Shown: one piece after another, positions 52,045 through 64,000 of the stretch | Position numbering within the stretch: position 1 is the stretch's first letter | How the letters are laid out: each line of letters starts with the position of its first letter | Source of the DNA: Vicugna vicugna | Taxonomy: Eukaryota | Assembly (NCBI GenBank): GCA_013265495.1 | Contig: MU057403.1 | Location: forward strand, 287,965-351,964 | DNA length: 64,000 bases | Direction of reading: 5' to 3' | Position numbers and translations under genes: made by a program | The notes under the pieces: generated by a model | The model's database searches: none | The model's input: only the letters and a program-made list of their open reading frames with translations | Told to the model about the DNA's origin: nothing

Positions 52045-53025
52045 CATACTCAAAGAATGGTAAAAAAAACTCTTGCAAATCATATATCTGATAAGGGAAT
52101 TGCATCCAATGTATATAAAGAATTCTTGCAGCTCAACAAAGAAAAGCTAAATAACTTAATTATTAAATAGGCAGAGGGTTTGAATAGGTATCTCTCTAAA
52201 AAGGTCATACAAAAGGCCAGTGACCACAGGAAGAGATATTTCAACAGCATTATTATTAGAGAAAGGTAGATCAAAATCACAAGGAGATACCAGCTCATTT
52301 TTAAGACAGACAATAAATAAAAATGAAAATATCTAGAAGCTGAACCCCTCATACGTTGCTGGCGGGGTCATAAAATGGTGTAAGCCCTTTGGAAAACAGC
52401 CTAGCAGTTCCTCAAAATGTTAAGCATAAAGTTACTGTATGACCCAGCAATTGCACTCTTAGGTATATACCCAAGAGAAACGAAAACTATGTCTACCTAG
52501 AAATCTGTTCACAAATGTTCATAGCAGTATTATGCATAATGACAAAAAGTAGAACATCCCAAATGTCCATCAACTGGTGAATGGATAAATGTCCAACTGA
52601 TGACAGGATACATAAAAAGAAGTATCTCCATACAATGGAGTGTTCATGGGACACAAAAAGGAATGAAACACTGGTGCATGAGTAATAACATGCATGAGTC
52701 TTGAAAACATTATGCTTAGTAAGAGAAACCAGTCACAAAAGGTCACATTTTGTATGATCTCATTTATGTGCAATGTCCAGAGTAGGTAAATTTGGAGAGA
52801 AAGAAAAGTAGATGAGTGGTTGCCAAGGGCCGGAGGAAGAGGGTATGGAGAAAGGCTGCTAATGGGTATAGGGTTTCATTTGGGGGTGATAAAAACCCTC
52901 TGAAATTAGATACTGGTGATGCTTGCACAGCTTTGTGAATATACTAAAAACCATGGATTATAGACTTGAAAAATATGAATTTTATGGTATGTAAAATGTA
53001 TGTCAAGAAAGCTGTTACAAAAATT
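52045..53025 (+). mobile_element. L1MB-like 3' end
   Basis: ttgcaaatcatatatctgataaggg...ggaaaacagcctagcagttcctcaaa...gaatatactaaaaacca. Confidence 0.85.
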
Positions 53026-53548
53026 GATAATTAAAAATAGATGATAAACTCAGAATTTCTAAAGAAATGGTGCAGTTAGGTTTCTAGGTTCATATACCAC
53101 TTTTGCTTTCCCTTTGATAGTGTGAATAACTATACTTCCTTTGTAGTGCTACCAAGATTAGCTTTGCTTTCATTCATTTATTTCTTATTTTATTAAAAAT
53201 TACTTAAGAAAATGAGACATAGTTTAATTATTTATTGGGATAAAGAAAACATATTTACTATTTTTCAATTTTAATTATTTTCTTGGCACGTTCCAGTAAA
53301 TCTCAAATCTCTTTTTCCCACAGAATATGCCGTTAAAGGAAATGACTGGCTAGAGGTGGAGTGGGGGTGGGTGGGGGGAGAAAAGCATCTATAATCTTGC
53401 TATTTTTACAACTTTTTTCACATTTAACCCTGATTTTCTACTCCATGTGTACATTTTTATATGCCATATAATTTCAATTGGGTATTTTTCTTCAGTTAAC
53501 ATTGTATCAGGAATTCTTTCCCTTGGTTTGGCATAAATTCCATGATCA

Positions 53549-54008
53549 GTGCAGTTGGCAGAATGATTGACCCCCTCTCCTCCAAGATGTTTATATCCCA
53601 ATCCTGGACCCTGTGAATGTGTTATCTTGTGTGGCAAAAGGGACTTTGCAGATGTGTTAGGTTTGGCGTCTAGAGATGGGGACATTTTCCTGGACTATCC
53701 TGGATTATCCAGTTGCATCTGTTATAATTACAACAGTCCTTTAAGGGAAAGAAGAAGATGGGAGAATCTGAAAAGGAGACGTGACCATGGAAGCTGAGGT
53801 CAGAGTGAGACAAGGGACCAGGGATCAAGAACCAAGGAACATGAGCTGCCTCTAAAAGATGGACAAGGCAAGGAAACAGACTCTCTTGTATAGTGTCTAC
53901 CAATCCATTTTGGATGTCTGAGCTTCAAAATTGAGGATAATAAATATAGTTGTGTTTAAGCCATTCAGTTTGTAGTGATTTTTCACAGTCGTGATTGGGC
54001 TCTAACGA
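53549..54008 (+). mobile_element. MLT1-type MaLR solo LTR
   Basis: tgtgaatgtgttatc...ggcaaaagggactttgcagatgtg...aaggcaaggaaacaga...ttaagcca. Confidence 0.8.
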
Positions 54009-55216
54009 AATCATCATTTAAAATTGTTGCCTGTTGTCATAATGGATCATAGTTTCCCAAATCATTTCCTTGTTTTGAAATAGCAAACATTCTGAAGCAA
54101 TTGAGTCAGTGTGACCAGATCTGTGCAAGGAGGTCTGGTCTGTGGCTGCAGAGGGTGACCAGAGTCCATGACGTCATTCAGCAGGGTGGCCTCGCTGAAT
54201 GTCCACTGCCACCATTATTCATTTCTTCTCTCTGAGGAACCTTTACCATTGGACGGGACTATAGAGCACTTAGCCCCACGGCCACAGGAAAGCCCTTCAT
54301 TGCTGATTCAGGTATCACCCCTCAGGTAACGTGCAGCCGGACAGGCCTCAGTCTGTACCCTGAGTACAAAAATCATATCTTCTGAACCAAAAAAATGAAG
54401 GACAGAATATTGAAAGCTGGACTTGTGGGAAACTTGGGAACTACAGTTGTCATACCTCTGACTCAGTAAATGATGGCAACTCCTTAGCTGGCGGACAATG
54501 ATGTAATCATTGCAGAGGGCAGAGCGCCTTCTTTGTTTGCCTTCTTGACTCATTACCAAGAGACAACGTCACACCATTTCTGGTTGAAACACTGGAAGTT
54601 TTCATGTTGTCTTTCGAAGTTAGCCTGTGTTCCAGCAGACGGAGGGGCAGCAGCAGTTGCAATGGATCCATGGAGAGAGACATAAATGGAAGCAGAGAAC
54701 AATGATTAAGTTCCCAACGGTGGAAATCATGAAGCTTCCTAGAATTCAGCATTCATGGGGGAAAAAATTCACGGGGCGAATGTTCCATTAACGTCTTCAC
54801 ACCTGTGGGTGGATAAGCGATGTGCTATAAACCGTGGTGACAGTGTACACACTGTCCAATTAAACTTAGTCAATCTGACACATATGTGGTGGTTTAGATT
54901 ATTGTTCATAGGCTGCATGATGATTAGGGAAAACAGTAATTAGTTTATGTGAACGAATACAATTAGTATTATTTGCACAATGAGCCATTTTAGAATACTT
55001 GTTTTCTTCTTTTCTTTTTCTGCATTCTCTGGTATGGGGAATCAGAATCAAAATCACTATTTCCTCTCAATCCTTGCTCCATTTTCTACCCAACTCCCAT
55101 CATATGTACCACTGCAGGGCAAAGCCCTGAGTTCCCCCAAGATTTGCCCACCGTCATCACCCAAGGGAAGAGCTTCTTGAAGTGAAAGCTTAGATCATTG
55201 ACTTTAAACACTTCAC

Positions 55217-57194
<1,978 letters not shown>

Positions 57195-57807
57195 AATATT
57201 TCACTTCTAATACATGCATTTAAAGTTATATAATTTTTCCTCCAAGCACTGCTTTAGTTGCATCCTAGGGATTTCAATGTATCATATTTTTATTGTCATC
57301 TGAACCAAAACATTTTCTAATCTCCACTGTGATTTCTTCTTTGATCCATGGCTTATTAAAAAGTGTGCTGCATCATTTTAAAACATTTGGGGGATTTTCT
57401 AGATATTATTATTATTATTGTTAGTTCTGGTTACATTTCTTGGAATCAGACAGCATAGTCTTATGATTTCTGTCTTTTGAAACTCATCGAGAAATTCATT
57501 TATGAGAAACCATCTGATCTACTTTGTTAACTGTTCCTCATGCCTTTGCAAATAATGCATATTCTCCAGTTGTTGGATGTAGTGTTCCTTAACCATTGAC
57601 TAGGCTGAATCAGTGAATAGTGATGTTCAAACCTGTATATCCTTGCTTGTTGTTCATCTGTTTGTTCTATCAATTACTAGGACAAGTGTGTTAAGATACC
57701 CAACTATGTTTATAAATGTTAAAATTTCTTTTTTAACTTCTGTCATTTTTTACCACATTATTATGTACATATTAACTTAGAATTGTCTTGACTTTTTTAT
57801 ATTATAA

Positions 57808-58146
57808 TGTGTATCTAAAAAATGATACAAATGAACTTATTTACAAAACAGAAACAGACTCACAGACACAGAAAACAAACCTACGGTTACTAAAGGGGAC
57901 AGAGTAGGGAGGGAGGGGTAAATTAGAAGTTTGGGATTAACAGATACACACTGTCATATATAAAATAAACAAGGACCTACTATATAACACAGACTACTAC
58001 ATTCAATGTCTTGTAATAATTTATAATGGAAAAGAATCTGAAAAAGAATATATATATGTATATACATAACTGAATCACTTTGCTATTCACCAGAATCTAA
58101 CATATTGTCAACTATGTCAACATAAACAAATAAACAACAAAAAAAG
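57808..58146 (+). mobile_element. Cetartiodactyl-type L1 3' end inside MOAP1 retrocopy 3' UTR
   Basis: aaaaaatgatacaaatgaacttatttacaaaacagaaacagactcacagac...gaatcactttgct, A-tail. Confidence 0.85.
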
Positions 58147-59419
58147 AGAACCTATGATACATTATCACATCTGACAGCTACACTTGCGCCTATTATCACA
58201 CAAGCTGACAGCTCAAGCAGATCTGGCCAGCATGTGTACCTGACCTTGCCTGTTCGCTCAAAGTACTACACACATGTAGTGCTTAGACTTTCTGTACAGC
58301 TGTGTGTGATAAAAAAAAATCACAGGGTGAATTTAAATATATAAACACCAGTGCAGAACTGCATCCTCCTAGTCAATGACACATATAGGAGACATTAAAT
58401 AGGCACAGAAATGACAAAGGAATATACTGAGAACTGCACAAAAATGAGTTACTTGGCAGCACAAGGCAGGGATTGGTTAATGTCTATCACTGGGTATATG
58501 GACTGTTCTACCTTCATGCTCTGCTCATTGCCAGGGAGCCCTTCCTGATTCCAAGATTCAGGTGAAAAGGCCCTCTAATCCTGCCTGGAGAAGGTCCTAC
58601 TCCTCCTCACTCTTCATCCTTTATCAGTGTCAGTAACTGCAATAAGCCAGGGGCTGAGCCATCCTCTGACAGAGCAAACTTCCCACGCGGGGTTCTGGGG
58701 ACTGCTCCAGCAATGATTTGGTCTAGGCGGGCCTGATTCACAACTTCTCGCTCAATTACATCTCTCTCTACCAGTTTCTGTAATAAAGGCTCCAGCCTTA
58801 GCACATAAGCAGACAATTTTTCTTCATCCTTTTGGTAAGTAGTCAGATATTTGACTTGCAACTAGGGTTACTGATAACCCCAAACACCTGTTCAAGAGCC
58901 TGCACGCATTCAGGAACTGTAATTAATGGACTGTTTATCTTGAGGACACGAATAATATCAGATGCTGAGCCTCTAAGGCTCTCTAGCAGTCTCCTTCTCT
59001 TCTCGGTATCTAATACCTGCCATGTCTTCATCATTTGAGTGGTATGAAACAGCTAGGATTCAAATTCTTCTTCCTCTGGTTCCAGAGGATCACTGCCTGA
59101 GAATACTGTCAGCTTTCTGTATTTCAGGTATTGCAGAGCAGGCTGAAGGGCCTCACCTAAGGCCTGTGTCAACATAGGGGCCCGCATTTCTGGGATCATG
59201 TCCTGGTCTAGGCCAAAAGGGTCGTTTCCATATCCCAGAGCTCTGGTAAACTCACCCAGTGTCATGCCCTCTCCCTCTGAGAATTCATTTAATCTGCTTA
59301 AAAATTCATTATCTGGGTCAGGGGGCTTAAAGATCGCTCTCCAGGCACCCCCTTTTCCGGGTATCTCCTTGGGGACCAGAGCATGACTAGTCTCCTCAGT
59401 AAGCCCTATTAAGGCTACC

Positions 59420-60105
59420 TTCCTGTCCTCGTCCCCCCGGAACATCCTCCTGAGCAGTCGGTACACGCCCGAGGGAGCTAAAGCAGCTCGCAGGGCCTCC
59501 TCGATTGCCGCCACGTTACAGGTCTGGGGGATGCCGGCAATCGACAGCGCTTTCCGAGGGTTCACATCCACCCCTTCACACCAGTCTTCCAAGAGCCTCA
59601 GCATCACGTCCCGAAACAACAGATTTAAATGCTGATTTCTCCGGGCCACTGACGCCACCGCAGTTCACAGTTCTCCGTGGTACCCTAGTCAAGTGTCGTC
59701 AACATCCGGGGTTCAGAAGGGCCTCTCTCCGCCTCGGGCGCCCCGCAGCGGGGTCCCGCCCGCTGTCATCTAATTGTCCGCGTCTGCGTGCATCGCCGGC
59801 GGCCGAGGCGCCAGGGTCCGCTCCCGATTCTTCCCGGAGGCCAGGCCGAGGAGCGAGAAGGTGGCCTCTCCGCTCGGAAGGGGACGCTCGCGAGGGATAC
59901 CGGGGCTGCGCAGGAGGCGCGCGGGGGGTGGCGGTCGGCCGATCGCTGCGGCGCTGAGGCGCGACTGCGCGTTCCGAGCGGCGGGCGGAGCACCGGGGGC
60001 GAGGCTTCGCGGCCAGGCCCGCACGCCGGCCCACCTGAAGCGTGGCGTCCGCGCCGGTGCCTCCGCAGCCTGCAGCCGCGTCCTAGCTAGAGATGTTCCG
60101 GGCGC
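59420..60105. promoter_or_regulatory. CpG island carried by the MOAP1 retrocopy 5' end
   Basis: Dense undecayed CpGs inside AT-rich L1 surroundings. Confidence 0.75.
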
Positions 60106-60775
60106 ACTGGTCAAAGTGTTGTCTTGTCTTCTTGATGAATCAACCCATTTATCATCATCAAATAGTCTCCTCATCTCTGTCTTGAAGTCTACTTTATCTG
60201 ATATTAAAATAAGCACCGGATCTTTTTTTATGACTTGTGTATGCAAGGCATTTTTCTATCCTTCTGCTATGAACCTATCTTATGTGTAAATTGTGTCTTG
60301 TCAGTCACAAAGGCTGAACCTTGTTCTTTTGTCTAGTTTGACTGTTTCTTACTTTAACTGGAACATTTAGTCGATTGGCATTTAACTTCTGATGCAGTTA
60401 CGCCATCTTCTTGTATTCTATTTGTTCCTTTTGCCCTTTGTTCCTTTGTTCCTTGTCTTCTTTTAGATTAATCAAGTAGTTTCTAGTATTACATTTTATC
60501 TTCTTGACTGGCTTTTAGTTACACCTCTTTGAATTATTTTTAGTAGATACACAGGGGTTATAAAATGCAAACTTTGCAAACCAAACATATCAAAATCCAT
60601 CTGCAATGCCACTTACTAGACAATGTAAAACACTTTTGAGAACTGTGTCACTTCCCTTTTTGACTCTTATGGAATTATTTTCATATATTTAATTTTTCCA
60701 CATGTTAAAAATCCTATAATGCCGTATAGTTATGGTTGCTTTAAAAGGACTTCAAAGAAAAGTTGAAAACATTAA

Positions 60776-60852
60776 CTCAGTACCTCCAGTAAAAAATGAA
60801 TACATAGATAAAGCTAATTACCTCCCCCGTCAAAAATAATAATAATAATAAA
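60776..60852 (+). mobile_element. 5'-truncated Vic-1-like SINE
   Basis: cagtacctcca...ctaattacctccccc, A-rich tail. Confidence 0.7.
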
Positions 60853-62009
60853 GCATTCAAGATGACCTGTTACATCTTACTTACATATTTATCTTTCCTG
60901 ATGCTTTTCATTCCTTCTAGGCTTTTATTCAAGATCATTTGCCTTCAACTCAAAGGAATTTCTTTAGTTTTTCTTGCACTGTAGGTGATGAATTCTCAGA
61001 TTTTGTTTGCCTAAAAATTTGCTTATTTTGCCTACAGTTTGAAGGACATTTTCACTGAGTGTAACAATCTAAGTTGACAATTTTTTTTCCCTTGCAGCAT
61101 GTTAAAATGTCATTCCTTTATCTTCAAGTTTTCATTGTTTCTGAATAGAAGTGGTTTTCTGAGATGCAGAGTATTCTTTTTATCTGGATGTTATTAAGTT
61201 TTTCTCTCTGTTTGGTTTTCTTTCTGTTGTGGTTTTCAACAGTTTGGCTATTATATGCGTAGGTACAATGTTCTTTCTTCTATTTGAACAATTTTTATTT
61301 GGGGGTCTCAGAGATTCTTGAATCTGTAGGTTGATTGCTTCCTTCACTTTTGAAAAGCTCTCTACCATTATCTCTTCACACATAGCTAGCTCTGCCCTAT
61401 AATTTTCTCTGTTCTCTTTCTGGGACTCCAATTACATATTGTTCCACAATCCTCTAGTGATCTGTTCTGTTTTCACTTTTTTTTTTCCCCAATATGCTTT
61501 AGATTGGATAATTTCTCTTGACCCGTTCAAGAGCATTTATTCTCTCTTTTGTGTATCAGACTTGTCACTAAGCTCTCCCAGTGAATTTTTCATTTTAGAT
61601 ATTATATTTTTTATTATAGAATTTCTATTTGATTCTTTTTCAAGGCTTTCCATCTTAGAATGAGAATACCCCCCAATTCTCAGCACTTCCCCTTATTTTG
61701 TGCACCATTCCTTTTCGGTCTTTAACATATTTATGATCATTCTCTTAAAATCCTTGTCTCTAATTCCAGCCTCTGGGTCATCTGTGGGCCTGCTTCCAGT
61801 GATCTTTTTTTTTTTTCTTCTATGGACTTAAAGGCACTTTTTCAAGCTTCTCTTCACATCTGTAACTTTCAGTTCTCATTACGTTACAAAAAGAGCATTA
61901 GAGACTGAAGTAGATAATAATTTTTTTTCCCAAAAATGTCTTACCCTTTAGGGTTAGAGGTTGAGCTCTTTTCTCAGTAGTCAGTGAGCAGGGTCAAGAT
62001 TGCATTGCT

Positions 62010-62320
62010 GGGAGTAGGGTATAGCTCAGTGGTAGAGTGCCTGCTTAGCATGCGCAAGGTACTGGGTTCAATCCCCAGTACCTCCATTAAAACATTAATG
62101 AATAAATAATAGCTTAAGTGGTAGAATGCATGCTTAGTGTGCACAAGGTCCTAGGTTCAATCTCTTGTACTTCCATTTAAATAAATAAATAAATATATAA
62201 ACAAACAAACAAATAAATAAATAAAACTATTTATCCCCCCCAAACCAAAATCAACACAAACATAAATGAATAAATTAATAAACCTAATTACCTCCCCCAC
62301 AAAAGAAAAAATTATTTAAA
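62010..62320 (+). mobile_element. Nested pair of Vic-1-like SINEs
   Basis: Outer TSD aaga(t/c)tgcatt(g/t)ctg (61996, 62321); inner TSD aatgaataaat (62097, 62265). Confidence 0.85.
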
Positions 62321-62834
62321 AAGACTGCATTTCTGTTTTACTTGCTTTCATTTTGCTGCTGACACTTGTTGTCTTGCAAATGAGATCAAGGCTTTATAAT
62401 CCAACTCTTAACAGATTGCTCCCTGCCCTCCAGCCCCATTTTCATCTTCTCCGAGGTGCTGTTTACTCCGCGTTATTGTTGAAGCTGGCAGGCGCAGCTA
62501 GTTCTGTGTCTGGAGATCCTCCAAATTCTGATCCACTGTACCAGCCAATGTGTTTAATCCTAGCATCTTCTCACCTTTCTACCCCAGTATCCCCACCACA
62601 AGTCTGAGGGTGAGCATTTCTCTTTTTCATCATATAGTGTCTACAAACTTATATCTTATGCTATTTACATTTCATTTTTTGTTCTGATTTACAGCCAGCT
62701 TGTAAAAGAATATTTGTATAATGAGGACGTTTAAAATACGTCCACACCACCAAATGTGTTATTGAATGCATAACTGTACTAACACAGGAGCTTACCTGGC
62801 TACTTTCTAAATCATATTTTTAAGTGACATTAAA

Positions 62835-63313
62835 TCACGTTTAAACATTACTTTTGGGTGTGTCTATGAGAGTGCCTCTGTGTGAGGTTAGCGTTTGAGT
62901 CACTGGACTCAGTAAAGCAGATTGCCCCTGCTGGTGCAAGTGACCCAATGCAGGTAAGCATCATTCAGTCCACCAGGGGCCCCAAAACAGCAAAAGGCAG
63001 GGGAAGGTTGGCATCGCCCTCCCTCTGCCTGATTGTGTAAACTGAGACGTGGGTCTTCTCCTCCCTCGGACTGGGAAATACATTGTTAGGTCTTCTGGTT
63101 CTCAGATCTTTGAACTTGGACTGACCTAAACCATCAGCTTTCTTGAGTCTTTAGCTTGCAGACAGCAGATTGTGGGACCTGTCAACCTCCCTAATCATGT
63201 GAGTCATTTCCTTATAATAAATTGATCTCTCTCTAGATATACACACACATTATCTCTCTCTCTCTCTCTATCTCCTGTTGGTTCTGTTTCTCTGGATAAC
63301 CCTGTCTAACACA
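62835..63313 (+). mobile_element. MLT2 (ERVL) LTR
   Basis: gggtgtgtctatgag...agtaaagcagattgccc...gcttgcagacagcagattgtgggac...ggttctgtttctctgga...ctaacaca. Confidence 0.85.
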
Positions 63314-64000
63314 TGGGATATTCAATTACTGGTAATGAGAAGGTCCTAGAGTTACGACAGTTGAAGTGACAGAGGTAATGAACATGAAAAGATCAATAAG
63401 GAAGAGGTGTTCAAGCGAAGTGAGAAGAGAAAGAATACTCTGGACGTAGCAATGAGGAGCAAAAAGGACACTTAACCCATCTGTAGGTCCAGTGGTACAA
63501 GAACTAGAGGCTGTGTTAAAATGGTGATGACTTGGAAGGGCTGGAGAAGACACAGCATCCTCTGGGTAAAGTCAGGTTTGGGGATCTGAGCGAGAATGAA
63601 CTACAGCCATTTCTCCTATAACACTTGCTCTGGCATCTGAATTTGTTTCAACACGGTTGACGTATTAGAGAACAATTTGAGCATAAGGCAAATTTTGTGT
63701 TTACTTGGATGCAACTTCATCAGTGAGAAATTCTAAGTGAAACACAGAAGCCCTCGCCAGGCTGAGTGGGGAATCTAAGGCACACAGAGAATACACAGTC
63801 CTCAAACATCTACCACCAGCCTCAGTTTACTGCATGTGTTGTGTGAGCCCTACCCACCCACAACCGGTGTTACAAATGCCCTCTGATTTCAGCTGACCCT
63901 CCTGCCACCCAACAAGCTGCAACTTCCATGAACACATGCAGGTCTTTTTCTAGGTAAAATGCCATATTTATTGTCATGTTTATGTCTTTCTTAACCATTA

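Larger units (their letters stand above)
57795..60118 (-). pseudogene. MOAP1: Processed pseudogene of MOAP1 (PNMA4, domesticated Gag family)
   Basis: CDS about 59607-58558 (LRLLEDWC...NPRKAL...[16 protein letters not shown]...[29 protein letters not shown]); TGG->TAG at 59053, frameshifts near 58862 and 58610; short T-run at 57793-98; TSD ttgtcttg(a/t)ctt at 57783 and 60119. Confidence 0.92.

Noticed and set aside
59505..60289. Several overlapping Arg/Ala/Pro-rich ORFs
   Set aside because: Stop-poor artefacts of the GC-rich island

Overview
Mammalian genomic DNA, most likely a camelid: it carries tRNA-Ala(AGC)-derived Vic-1-type SINEs and cetartiodactyl-type L1 3' ends. The window begins in a CpG island and holds the complete 7-exon HACD1 (PTPLA, 3-hydroxyacyl-CoA dehydratase 1) coding sequence on the + strand (69-19564; 750 nt, 249 aa). 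The rest is repeat-rich intergenic DNA with three full-length minus-strand processed pseudogenes (BLMH, KPNA2, MOAP1/PNMA4) and a 3'-truncated 7SK retrocopy. KPNA2 and MOAP1 sit inside the same old L1. Most notable: (1) the MOAP1 and BLMH retrocopies keep CpG-rich 5' ends and show AT->GC-biased substitutions next to them, suggesting retro-born CpG islands under GC-biased gene conversion; (2) a 434-bp duplication flanks a foreign 78-bp GC-rich insert; (3) an apparently perfect 407-bp tandem duplication lies in the BLMH retrocopy; (4) muscle-type regulatory and splicing motifs occur in HACD1. No prokaryote-type system (CRISPR etc.) is present. Repeat family names and orthologue comparisons come from recalled sequences, not database searches.
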